A stretch of DNA of 64,000 bases from an uncultured Holophagales bacterium (GCA_963842525.1 CAWJGT010000034.1:480001-544000); one strand, 5' to 3'; shown: positions 43,549-52,631, counted from the first letter of the stretch. Translations and numbers: made by a program. The notes: generated from the sequence alone by a model not told the origin.

Positions 43549-44508
43549 ATGACGCCCACGGCGCTGAGGACATCTGAGCTGGGCGCCACCGGTCTCAAGA
43601 TCACCCGCGTCGGCTTCGGCGCCTGGGCGATTGGAGGCGGTGGCTACGAGGGGGGCTGGGGACCGCAGGATGACGAGGACTCGATCGCGGCGATCCGCCA
43701 CGCGCTGGCTCTCGGGGTGAACTGGATCGACACCGCGGCGCATTATGGCTTCGGGCACTCGGAACGGGTCATCGGGCGCGCCCTGGCCGGTGTCGAACCG
43801 CGCCCCTACGTCTTCACCAAAGGCGGGCTGCCCGAGGGACCAGGGAGGACCAAGACACGGAGCCTCCGGCGCGACTCGCTGCTGCGCGAGGTGGAGGGCA
43901 GCCGCGAGCGCCTCGGCGTCGAGGCCATCGACCTCTACCAGATCCACTGGCCGGTCCCCGATGAGGAGATCGAGGAGGGCTGGTCGACGCTCGCCGAGCT
44001 GAAGGAGCGCGGGGTGGTGCGCCACATCGGCGTGTCGAACTTCAACGCCAGACAGCTTCGGCGGGCGCAGGCCATCGCGCCGGTGGAGACCCTGCAGCCG
44101 CCGTACTCGCTGATCGACCGCCGGATCGAAGTGGAGCTCCTCCCCGTCGCCGAGCGGGAAGGGATCGGGGTGATCGTGTACTCGCCGATGGCCTCCGGCC
44201 TGCTTTCCGGCGCAATGACGCGGGAGCGGATCGCGGCGCTGCCCGAGGACGACTGGCGCCGGCACAGCGAGGAGTTTCGCGAGCCCCAGCTCACCCAGAA
44301 CCTCGAGCTGGTGGAGCGGCTGCGGCGGGTCGCCGCCCGCCACGACACCACGCCGGGGGCGGTCGCGGTGGCCTGGACCCTCCGCAATCCGGCCGTGAAC
44401 GGGGCCATCGCCGGCTTCCGGCGCCCTGAACAGGTCGATCCGATCGTGGCGGCGGCGAACCTCACGCTGGACAAGCACGACATCGCCACGATCCTCCGGA
44501 GGAAGTGA
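43549..44508 (+). CDS. Aldo/keto reductase
   Basis: GFGAWAIGG, WIDTAAHYG, DLYQIHWP, IGVSNF and YSPMASG motifs; AGGAG RBS. Confidence 0.93.
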   Translation: MTPTALRTSELGATGLKITRVGFGAWAIGGGGYEGGWGPQDDEDSIAAIRHALALGVNWIDTAAHYGFGHSERVIGRALAGVEPRPYVFTKGGLPEGPGRTKTRSLRRDSLLREVEGSRERLGVEAIDLYQIHWPVPDEEIEEGWSTLAELKERGVVRHIGVSNFNARQLRRAQAIAPVETLQPPYSLIDRRIEVELLPVAEREGIGVIVYSPMASGLLSGAMTRERIAALPEDDWRRHSEEFREPQLTQNLELVERLRRVAARHDTTPGAVAVAWTLRNPAVNGAIAGFRRPEQVDPIVAAANLTLDKHDIATILRRK

Positions 44509-44538
44509 GACCGCCGGGGTGGGTCGCGGGAGCGCGCT

Positions 44539-45099
44539 TCACGCCTTCTCCGACTTGCGCCGGTAGTGCTGGGAGATTGCGCCCGACGCCAAGCGCTCGA
44601 TCGATAGGAGCTCGAGGCGCTTCGAGCGCGTCACTCCCTCGAACAAAGTGGGACCGTGGCCGGCCATGACGGGATGAACGAGGAAGCGATATTCGTCGAT
44701 CAGGTCGAGGGCCTCGAGCGCGCCGGCGAGCTTGTGTCCGCCGAGAAGAATGCCGCCAGGCGTCCGTTCTTTGATCTTCGTCACCGCCTCGCGGAGATCG
44801 CCTTCGACGAGGTGCGTGTTGGACCACGAATAGTCGCGGCGCGAGGTCGACACGACGTACTTCGGTTTGGCGTCGAGCTTGACCGCCCACTCGCGCATCG
44901 CGGCGGGTGCCTGGGTGTCGCGGGCGACGGCGGGCCATGCGCCCTCCATCATCTCGTACGTGACTCGGCCCCAGAGCATCGCCGCTCCGCCATCCATCAG
45001 CGCCGTCCAGTACCTGTGAAGCTCGTCGTCCGCGAGGCCCTCGCGATGATCGATGCAGCCGTCGAGGGTGATGTTGATGCCGAAGGTGAGGAGGCCCAT
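44539..45099 (-). CDS. Dihydrofolate reductase-like (RibD C-terminal) protein
   Basis: ITLDGCI, WGRVTYE, PKYVVS and LIDEYRFLVHP motifs. Confidence 0.9.
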   Translation of the reverse strand: MGLLTFGINITLDGCIDHREGLADDELHRYWTALMDGGAAMLWGRVTYEMMEGAWPAVARDTQAPAAMREWAVKLDAKPKYVVSTSRRDYSWSNTHLVEGDLREAVTKIKERTPGGILLGGHKLAGALEALDLIDEYRFLVHPVMAGHGPTLFEGVTRSKRLELLSIERLASGAISQHYRRKSEKA

Positions 45100-45152
45100 A
45101 CGGCCGATACTATTTCAAAATGCCGCCGAGAATCAGATCGATCCCGGCGAGG

Positions 45153-45317
45153 GGGGGCGGTCGCGGTGGCCTGGACCCTCCGCAACCCGGCCGTGAACGG
45201 GGCCATCGTCGGCTTCCGGCGACCTGAACAGGTCGATCCGATCGTGGCGGCGGCGAACCTCACGATAGACAAGCACGACATCGCCACGATCCTGCGGAGG
45301 AAGTGAGACCGCCGGGG
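45153..45317 (+). repeat. Direct repeat of the aldo/keto reductase 3' end (44355-44519)
   Basis: Near-identical ~165 bp including the stop codon. Confidence 0.9.
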
Positions 45318-45320
45318 GTG

Positions 45321-45463
45321 TTTCACCTCTCGCCGCGGATGCGCTTCGCGAGGAGCTTCCGTTTGGCGGGCGAGAGGGAATCCAGGCTCCGGACCGGCTC
45401 GCCGGGCCCCCCCGGCGCGCTCGGCGCGGGGGCCGCGAAGGCGGGCGCGGCCTTCGTCTCGGC
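45321..45463 (-). repeat. Copy of the NRPS 3' end (54420-54562)
   Basis: Encodes KAAPAFAAPAP...LDSLSPAKRKLLAKRIRGER*, as at 54422. Confidence 0.88.
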
Positions 45464-45506
45464 TTTCTCTCGCAGCTTGAAATGATGCTGCTGACGGCCG
45501 TCCTTT

Positions 45507-45750
45507 CCGGCCCAACGGGCCGGGAGAACAGAGCCCAGGGATGAGGCCGCAGGCCGATTCCCTGGGACCCAACGGACCGCCACGATCATGCGGCCTGAAG
45601 GGCCGCGGGAGCCTTCACCAGGGAGCGGAGCCGTCTCGAACAAATCCTCTCGCGGCCCTTCAGGCCGCGGGGTAGATCGGTCTCCTGTGACCCAGGGCAT
45701 CGGCCTGTGGCCGAAGCCCTGGGCTCCGATCTCCCGGCCCGTTCGGCCGG
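45507..45750. mobile_element. Non-autonomous REP/MITE-like palindromic element related to the ends of the Y1 elements
   Basis: CCGGCCCAACGGGCCGGGAGA...GCCCAGGG and the inverted copy, plus GGCCTGAAGGGCCGCG inverted pairs, with no transposase inside. Confidence 0.75.
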
Positions 45751-45859
45751 TGGCGGTGCCCAGGTTATTACGTGGCAGGTCCTAAGCATTCCAGGCCCCT
45801 GGAAGGAACACCTCCGGCAGGTAAGCCGACACCTCTCCGGAGCTCATTGGCCGACATGA

Positions 45860-45888
45860 TTGACACGGACTCTGAAAAGCCGTAAGTT
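45860..45888 (+). promoter_or_regulatory. Sigma70 promoter for the ncRNA-RT transcript
   Basis: TTGACA-17 nt-TAAGTT. Confidence 0.7.
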
Positions 45889-45892
45889 GAAG

Positions 45893-46070
45893 CCCTACGA
45901 CGCTTTAGGGGCTCCACGTTCGCCGCTGCTACTCCCGAGGGGGAGGCATCGCGGGCTGGCAGTGAGGCGGCTGAGGCGTCGAAGCTAGGTTCGGCTCCAC
46001 TGAAGCTCCAATGCACATGGAGCCCAACCGCCGGCAGCCGGCGAATGCACCATTATATAGAGGAGCCGGG
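45893..46070 (+). ncRNA. Putative RT-associated structured ncRNA
   Basis: Nested stems: 45898-45908 with 45971-45981; 45990-45998 with 46062-46070; hairpins at 46005-46023 and 46029-46043. Several G-U pairs favour the + strand. Confidence 0.65.
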
Positions 46071-46078
46071 GCAACCAG

Positions 46079-47575
46079 ATGAAGCGATTGCTTGAACTTT
46101 CCAGCGCAGAAGCCAGGAAACACTTCCTTAAGGCGAGCAGTTACTTCAAAGACGACCTGCCCTCCTATTTAAGTTTCGAGCCGATCCTGAACTCGGTGGA
46201 CGCCGCGCTTAATGGGGCAACGTACGCGGCAGTCCAAGCTCACTGTCCGAGCAACTTCCCGGGCGTCAACTACAGTTTCATGGCGAACAAGGACGGAAGA
46301 CTTGCATGGCGTCCCTATGAGCTGATTCATCCGGTCATCTATGTGTCTCTGGTAGATGTCATCTGCCAGCCGGAGAACTGGAAGCTGATTACTGATCGTC
46401 TATCCGAGTTCACCAAAGGCGTTGTTGACTGCTGCAGCGCCCCTGTGATGTCGCTCGACCACCAGAAGGATGTCGCAGCCCAGGTGAGGGGATGGTGGCA
46501 TAAAGTTGAGCAGCGATCTCTGGCTTACTCGTTGGAGTTTAGTCATGTCCTACAAACCGATGTGGTCGATTGCTACGGTTCGGTTTATACGCACAGCATT
46601 TCTTGGGCGCTACATGGACTACCCTACACCAAGGAGAACAAGCAGAAGAAATCTCTTGTTGGAAACAAGATCGACTCGCACATTCAGGCGAGTAGGTACG
46701 GCCAGACCAACGGTATCTGCCAAGGCTCCGTCCTCATGGACTTCGTTGCCGAAATCGTGCTGGGGTATGTGGACGAACTGATCAGCGCAGAAGTGCCGAA
46801 AGCGAACGATTTCCGGATCCTCCGCCACCGGGACGACTACCGAGTGTTTGCCAACAATGACGATCGCGCTGAAGGCATCCTTAAAATTATCAGTGACAAG
46901 CTGCGGATCGTAGGGATGAAGCTTGGAGTATCGAAGACGTTCCTGAGCAGGAACGTTGTTGAGGGATCGATCAAGGCGGACAAGCTGGCAGGCATCGAGT
47001 TGCAGGACCTTGGCGACGCGAATGCCAAGACCATTCAGAAGCAACTCCTGAGACTGCATGCGTTCGGGCAGCGGTTCCCCAATAGTGGCGCGTTGCGGCG
47101 CCTGGTTGCCGAACTGCATACCAGCATTACTGCGCAGACTGAAGCGCCAGACGATCTCGAAGTGCAGGTCGCAATCGCAACAGACATCGGCTTCGTCTCT
47201 CCGGCAACATTTCCTGCTGTTGCGGGCATTCTGAGTCATCTGATCTCGCTCGCCCCACAAGACAAGAAGTCTGTGCTCTGGTCAAAAGTGCGCAATAAGA
47301 TGGCTCGAGTCCCATACAACGGCTACCTGGAGATATGGCTTCAACGGGTGACGCAGCCAAAGGCAGTTGGGATCCAGTTTGATAGCACTGAGGCGATCTG
47401 TCGGATCGTGAATGGTGAAGCGGTCGATCTATGGGAGAACGGATGGATTGCATGCAAGAATGTCAAGGCGGCGGTCGATCCTTCAAAAATCGTGGTCGGG
47501 TCCGTGGAAGATGTTACTGAGGTCGTTCAGCCTGCGGAGGTCGAGCTATTTCAGCAGAATGCATGGGCATACTAA
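46079..47575 (+). CDS. UG/Abi-type defence-associated reverse transcriptase (DRT9/UG28-like)
   Basis: KDGRLAWRP, TDVVDCYGSVYTHSISWA, GQTNGICQGS and LRHRDDY motifs; 498 aa; visibly more AT-rich than the host genes. Confidence 0.85.
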   Translation: MKRLLELSSAEARKHFLKASSYFKDDLPSYLSFEPILNSVDAALNGATYAAVQAHCPSNFPGVNYSFMANKDGRLAWRPYELIHPVIYVSLVDVICQPENWKLITDRLSEFTKGVVDCCSAPVMSLDHQKDVAAQVRGWWHKVEQRSLAYSLEFSHVLQTDVVDCYGSVYTHSISWALHGLPYTKENKQKKSLVGNKIDSHIQASRYGQTNGICQGSVLMDFVAEIVLGYVDELISAEVPKANDFRILRHRDDYRVFANNDDRAEGILKIISDKLRIVGMKLGVSKTFLSRNVVEGSIKADKLAGIELQDLGDANAKTIQKQLLRLHAFGQRFPNSGALRRLVAELHTSITAQTEAPDDLEVQVAIATDIGFVSPATFPAVAGILSHLISLAPQDKKSVLWSKVRNKMARVPYNGYLEIWLQRVTQPKAVGIQFDSTEAICRIVNGEAVDLWENGWIACKNVKAAVDPSKIVVGSVEDVTEVVQPAEVELFQQNAWAY

Positions 47576-48330
47576 GAGCGCCTAACAAAACCGGCCCAAC
47601 GGGCCGGGAGAGCATAGCCCAGGGCTGAGGCCGAAGGCCGATGCCCTGGGTTCACGGGCGCCACCTCCCGGCGGCCTGAAAGGCCGCGAGAGTCTTCAGT
47701 CCCACACGTAGCGCTCGTCAAATTCGATTTCATAAGCCTTGAGGAACGCACGGAGCTCCTCTTGAAACGACTTGACTCGATGATGCTCGCGCTGGTTGCG
47801 GATGTAGGCTCGAACGTCTTCGACCTGCGATTGGCTCACCGAGAATGCACCGAATCCCGCCTGCCAAAAGAAGCTCGCAAACTGCGGGCCTCGGCCCCGA
47901 AGCCAGTCGTTCGAGCTTTTCTTGAGGTGGCCGACAACGTCGCTCAGCGCCTCGGTCCGTGCGAGGAGAAACAGACCGTGCAAATGGTCGGGCTCGGTGT
48001 TGATTTCGATCGGGAGACAGCCGAGGCCTTTGAGCGTGCCGCCCATATAGGCATGGAGATCGGGGCGAATCTCGGCAGGCAGGGTTCGTTCGCGTTCCTT
48101 CGTCGAGAAAATGAGATGGACGTAGATTTTGGAGAGGGATTGAGCCATGGCGCCGGTGACTCCAGCACCTGTCTGCGGATCTGTCAAGGATCTGTCAAGC
48201 GGGGAGCTCTCGCGGCCTTTCAGGCCGCCCGGAGGTGGTGCCCATTGACCCAGGGCATCGGCCTTCGGCCTCAGCCCTGGGCTAGATTCTCCCGGCCCGT
48301 TGGGCCGGCAACCGGTTTTGTTAGGCGCTC
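47576..48330 (-). mobile_element. IR-bounded Y1 transposase element, copy 1
   Basis: GAGCGCCTAACAAAACCGG...CCGGTTTTGTTAGGCGCTC ends and ~100 bp inverted REP-like arms around tnpA. Confidence 0.85.
47696..48148 (-). CDS. tnpA: IS200/RAYT-like Y1 HUH transposase
   Basis: HLIFSTK, DHLH, WQAGFGAFSVS and YIRNQ motifs. Confidence 0.92.
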   Translation of the reverse strand: MAQSLSKIYVHLIFSTKERERTLPAEIRPDLHAYMGGTLKGLGCLPIEINTEPDHLHGLFLLARTEALSDVVGHLKKSSNDWLRGRGPQFASFFWQAGFGAFSVSQSQVEDVRAYIRNQREHHRVKSFQEELRAFLKAYEIEFDERYVWD

Positions 48331-48669
48331 TTAGCTACTGTCGGTCCGCCACGATCAAATCGCGGGAAGGCCACGCCGTAAGGTAGCTGATGATCGATGT
48401 CTCCAAGTACACAAGAGCAGCCAAGCTCCGAGACCACCACCTCGAAAGAGCTACGGCGCCGGTTCCAACACCCATGGGTTAGAGCGCCTAAAAAATCCGG
48501 CCCAACGGGCCGGGAGAGCATAGCCCAGGGCTTCTATGTGGGCCACCGGTGTCAAGCGTCTCGGGGTGGTGGTTCGTCGTTTTCCCTTTCCTGGCCCCCC
48601 CTCCTGTCACCGGTTTTCTCGCTTCTTGGTTCTCAGTCCGTCTGGCGCTTGCCCGGAGTGTGCAGGGAC

Positions 48670-48835
48670 CTGGGGAGTCGTCCTTTCCAGCTTCTATCCG
48701 TGCTGACCTCTTTGGGTCAGGACACCAAATGCAGCATGCGCTGTCGAGCGACTCAGGCAAGCTCTCGGAGCGGCCCCATCTGAGAGAACGGTTCGGAAGC
48801 CGAACCAAGCCCTGGGCCGGGCACGCTCCACCAGT
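48670..48835 (-). ncRNA. IS110 bridge RNA (target- and donor-binding loops)
   Basis: Internal loops carry GCCCAGGGCU/CUCAG (target) and GCAUUU/AUAGAAG (donor), matching the observed junctions. Confidence 0.75.
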
Positions 48836-48864
48836 CGTTTCTCTCCGAGCTTTTTCCTCCCAGA

Positions 48865-50001
48865 TTACTTCGTCTTCAGCTCAGCACCCTCAGGAATCAC
48901 ACCGTAGTCCAGATAGCGCCACAGCGCGATCAGCAGCTTGCGGGCGAGGGCCACGATCCCCACCCGCCGAGATCGGCGGCTCCCAGGACCATAACGCTCC
49001 TGAAACCACAAGCTCAGGCGACTCTGCGGTTGGAAGCGCAACCAGCCCCAAGCGATCTCGATCGCCATCGCCCGGACCCGACGATTCCCCGCCTTGCTGA
49101 TCCCTTGTTCGTGGTTGACCGTGTCACCGCTCTGATAAGGCATCGGCGTCAGACCCGCCAAACCGGCCACCTCACGGCGGTTGCGGAACTGCCGCCAGCC
49201 GAAGAACTCCACCACGAACAGCCAACCACTGTTGCCTCCGATCCCCTTGAGCTCTTGCAGCCGCTGCACCTTCTCCGTCGCTTCCACGCTGGCCGTCCGG
49301 CGAAACCGCTCGAGCTCGGCAATCTGACTCTCCAGCACAGCCAGACGCTCGCCCTCTCGCCTCAAACGCTCCCGCAAGCTCGCCAGCAGCCTCTCGCCGT
49401 TCCACTGCCTCGCCTGATCCAGCTGCTGCAGAAAGCCCTTGCCGACTTTCACCCCCCGAGCCCCCACGCTGGCCAGCAGGCCCTTGATCCGATTGGTGTG
49501 GGCCGTGCGCTCCTGCTTCAGAGACTCAAGCTCCCGAGCCAGGTGACGCTCGTCCTCCTGCTCGGGGGTCGGCGCGTGCGCTACCCCGAACACCTTCTTC
49601 TCCCCGCGCTCGTAACGGATCAACAACGACAGCAACTTCTCCACGTCCACCCCATCCGTCTTGGCCCGGCGATGCCGCCGATTCACCTCGATGCTCGAGG
49701 AGTCCATGACAACGTTTTCCACTCCCTCCGACAGCAGGAACCGGTGGAGCCAGAATCCATCCCGTCCGGCCTCGTAGCAACTCACCACCCGAGCCGACTC
49801 CGGCACGCCAAGGCGATGTTTGGCCCGCGCGATCTCCAGCATCAGCCCGGCAAGGTCCCCGGCTGCAACTGTCCGCTGACTTGCCCTCCGTCCAGCCTCT
49901 ACACCAAACCCCAGCTTCCACTCGCTGGCGCCGAGCTCCAGGGCCATATGTAACACCGCCTCCGTTCGCGTAGACTCTGCAATGCGGGTTGTCTGGTTCA
50001 T
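48865..50001 (-). CDS. IS110 family recombinase/transposase
   Basis: ALELG, CYEAG, AKTDGVD (RuvC-like DEDD variant), GLTPMPYQSG and ISKAGN motifs. Confidence 0.95.
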   Translation of the reverse strand: MNQTTRIAESTRTEAVLHMALELGASEWKLGFGVEAGRRASQRTVAAGDLAGLMLEIARAKHRLGVPESARVVSCYEAGRDGFWLHRFLLSEGVENVVMDSSSIEVNRRHRRAKTDGVDVEKLLSLLIRYERGEKKVFGVAHAPTPEQEDERHLARELESLKQERTAHTNRIKGLLASVGARGVKVGKGFLQQLDQARQWNGERLLASLRERLRREGERLAVLESQIAELERFRRTASVEATEKVQRLQELKGIGGNSGWLFVVEFFGWRQFRNRREVAGLAGLTPMPYQSGDTVNHEQGISKAGNRRVRAMAIEIAWGWLRFQPQSRLSLWFQERYGPGSRRSRRVGIVALARKLLIALWRYLDYGVIPEGAELKTK

Positions 50002-50156
50002 CGGGGTTCTCCTTTCTAACCGCTAAAGTTCCCCCGAAACATACAACCGGCGACCCGCTTTTGCATCCCCCGCCCTGCATAGCATCTGAGGCCGAAGGCC
50101 GATGCCCTGGGTTCACGGGCGCCACCTCCCGGCGGCCTGAAAGGCCGCGAGAGTCT

Positions 50157-50609
50157 TCAGTCCCACACGTAGCGCTCGTCAAATTCGATTTCATAAGCCT
50201 TGAGGAACGCACGGAGCTCCTCTTGAAACGACTTGACTCGATGATGCTCGCGCTGGTTGCGGATGTAGGCTCGAACGTCTTCGACCTGCGATTGGCTCAC
50301 CGAGAATGCACCGAATCCCGCCTGCCAAAAGAAGCTCGCAAACTGCGGGCCTCGGCCCCGAAGCCAGTCGTTCGAGCTTTTCTTGAGGTGGCCGACAACG
50401 TCGCTCAGCGCCTCGGTCCGTGCGAGGAGAAACAGACCGTGCAAATGGTCGGGCTCGGTGTTGATTTCGATCGGGAGACAGCCGAGGCCTTTGAGCGTGC
50501 CGCCCATGTAGGCATGGAGATCGGGGCGAATCTCGTCAGGCAGGGTTCGTTCGCGGTCCTTCGTCGAGAAGATGAGATGGACGTAGATTTTGGAGAGGGA
50601 TTGAGCCAT
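50157..50609 (-). CDS. tnpA: IS200/RAYT-like Y1 transposase, copy 2
   Basis: Near-identical to 47696-48148. Confidence 0.92.
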   Translation of the reverse strand: MAQSLSKIYVHLIFSTKDRERTLPDEIRPDLHAYMGGTLKGLGCLPIEINTEPDHLHGLFLLARTEALSDVVGHLKKSSNDWLRGRGPQFASFFWQAGFGAFSVSQSQVEDVRAYIRNQREHHRVKSFQEELRAFLKAYEIEFDERYVWD

Positions 50610-50940
50610 GGCGCCGGTGACTCCAGCACCTGTCTGCGGATCTGTCAAGCGGGAGCTCTCGCGGCCTTTCAGGCCGCCCGGAGGTGGTGCCCGTTGACCC
50701 AGGGCATCGGCCTTCGGCCTCAGCCCTGGGCTAGATTCTCCCGGCCCGTTGGGCCGGCGGCCGGTTTTGTTAGGCGCTCTAAGCTGGGCTGGCGGTCCGC
50801 CACGATCAAATCGCGGGAAGGCCACGCCGTAAGGTAGCTGATGCTCGCATGTCTCCAAGTCACAAGATGGCAGCTCAAGCCTTCCGAGAGCAGCGGCACC
50901 TCGAAAGAGCTACGGCGCCGGTTCCACCACCCATGGGTTA

Positions 50941-51682
50941 GAGCGCCTAACAAAACCGGCCCAACGGGCCGGGAGAGCATAGCCCAGGGCTGAGGCCGAA
51001 GGCCGATGCCCTGGGTTCACGGGCGCCACCTCCCGGCGGCCTGAAAGGCCGCGAGAGTCTTCAGTCCCACACGTAGCGCTCGTCAAATTCGATTTCATAA
51101 GCCTTGAGAAACGCACGGAGCTCCTCTTGAAACGACTTGACTCGATGATGCTCGCGCTGGTTGCGGATGTAGGCTCGAACGTCTTCGACCTGCGATTGGC
51201 TCACCGAGAATGCACCGAATCCCGCCTGCCAAAAGAAGCTCGCAAACTGCGGGCCTCGGCTCCGAAGCCAGTCGTTCGAGCTTTTCTTGAGGTGGCCGAC
51301 AACCTCGCTCAGCGACTCAGTCCGTGCGAGGAGAAAGAGACCGTGCAAATGGTCGGGCTCGGTGTTGATTTCGATCGGGAGACAGCCGAGGCCTTTGAGC
51401 GTGCCGCCCATATAGGCATGGAGATCGGGGCGAATCTCGGCAGGCAGGGTTCGTTCGCGTTCCTTCGTCGAGAAAATGAGATGGACGTAGATTTTGGAGA
51501 GGATTGAGCCATGACGCCGGTGACTCCAGCACCTGTCTGCGGAGCTGTCAAGCGGGAGCTCTCGCGGCCTTTCAGGCCGCCCGGAGGTGGCGCCCGTTGA
51601 CCCAGGGCATCGGCCTTCGGCCTCAGCCCTGGGCTAGATTCTCCCGGCCCGTTGGGCCGGCAACCGGTTTTGTCAGGCGCTC
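50941..51682 (-). mobile_element. IR-bounded Y1 transposase element, copy 3
   Basis: Same ends; tnpA 51061-51512 has a 1-nt deletion near 51501. Confidence 0.85.
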
Positions 51683-51734
51683 TTAGCTGCTGTCGGCCCG
51701 CGAGTAAATGCGTGGCACTTGAGGGGGAGCACTT

Positions 51735-51903
51735 GAGGGAGGTTGTCGAGCGAGGTAGCGCCCCCGCGAGATCGTGGGAAGACGCGGTCCACATGGAAGG
51801 TCGCGCCCTGCCCGACCTGGAGGAGGCCACAATAGAGGCACCGATCGGCGTCGCGACGCTGCACCTCGCGGCGCAGGGCTCTTGGGATGGACGATCGGCT
51901 CAT
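51735..51903 (-). pseudogene. Truncated HNH endonuclease
   Basis: IPRALRREVQRRD..RCLYC...FHVDRVFPRSRGGATSLDNL, then loss of the CxxCN motif. Confidence 0.7.
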
Positions 51904-51933
51904 GCGGCAGGGGAGCCATGATAGATTCCAAGT

Positions 51934-52410
51934 ATGACTCTGGAGGAGGCCAAAGCGATTCTCGCCGCGCTCGTCCGCGAGCACGTTGAGTTCGTGGTCA
52001 TCGGCTCGATGGCGATGGCAGCCCAAGGTCTCCCCCGCGCGACCCACGACCTCGACCTGTTCGTCTCGCCGAAGATCGAGAATCTGGAGGCCCTCAAGCG
52101 GGCGCTCCGCGGCCTGTTCAACGACCCGAACGTCGATCAGATCGATCCCGGGGAGCTGGCCGGGGACTACCCGGCCGTGGAATATACCCCTCCGCACAGC
52201 CACTACTCGATGGACATCCTCACCCGGCTCGGAGAGGCCTTCACGTGGCAGGATCTCGCCGCCAATTGCGACGAGATCGAGCTGGGAGACCTGCTCGTCC
52301 AGGTCGCCAATCCAAAGATGCTTTATCGTATGAAGAAAGACACCGTTCGGCCACAAGACCGTGCCGATGCCGCCCGGATTCGTGAAGCCTTCGGTCTGGG
52401 AGACGAATGA
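51934..52410 (+). CDS. Nucleotidyltransferase-fold protein (TA-associated type)
   Basis: VVIGSMA...RATHDLDL and K....RPQDRAD motifs. Confidence 0.8.
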   Translation: MTLEEAKAILAALVREHVEFVVIGSMAMAAQGLPRATHDLDLFVSPKIENLEALKRALRGLFNDPNVDQIDPGELAGDYPAVEYTPPHSHYSMDILTRLGEAFTWQDLAANCDEIELGDLLVQVANPKMLYRMKKDTVRPQDRADAARIREAFGLGDE

Positions 52411-52631
52411 TGCCGATCCGCAAGTTCCGCTCGGTGACCGAGATGCCCGGAGTCCGGCCGCTTCGGCCGCTCGATCCGGACAACCTCCGCATCGCGTGTG
52501 AGCTGACCGAGTTGAGCTTCGCGCTCCACCCCTGGAGGAACGAGCCCGGCGTCCGCAAATTCCGCTCGCTGGCGGAGGCCAACCGGCATCGCCAGGAGTG
52601 GGAGAAGAAACAAGTGCGCAGTCCGCATTGA
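52407..52631 (+). CDS. Small protein with a duplicated (I/V)RKFRS motif, putative TA partner
   Basis: ATGA overlap with the upstream gene; IRKFRSV...VRKFRSL. Confidence 0.7.
   Translation: MMPIRKFRSVTEMPGVRPLRPLDPDNLRIACELTELSFALHPWRNEPGVRKFRSLAEANRHRQEWEKKQVRSPH

Larger units (their letters stand above)
48531..50087 (-). mobile_element. IS110-family insertion sequence (IS1111-like layout)
   Basis: CT core at both junctions; subterminal CTATG/CATAG inverted repeat; long non-coding end downstream of the gene. Confidence 0.9.
48482..50779 (-). mobile_element. IR-bounded Y1 transposase element, copy 2, interrupted by IS110
   Basis: Same ends as copy 1; the left arm is split at CCCAGGG|CT|GAGGCC. 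Confidence 0.85.

Noticed and set aside
45893-47575. Classical retron (msr-msd) or group II intron
   Set aside because: There is no VTG retron motif, no a1/a2 repeats enclosing the whole RNA, and no maturase/HNH domain. The motifs fit UG/Abi RTs better.
47576-48330. Integron cassette array
   Set aside because: The attC-like cores are ~750 bp apart, far longer than attC sites, and no intI is in the window. Kept only as a side hypothesis.
48331-50940. GGTCCGCCACGATCAAATCGCGGGAAGG in both inter-element spacers as a degenerate CRISPR repeat
   Set aside because: There are only two copies, they belong to a larger duplicated spacer, and there are no unique spacers or cas genes.
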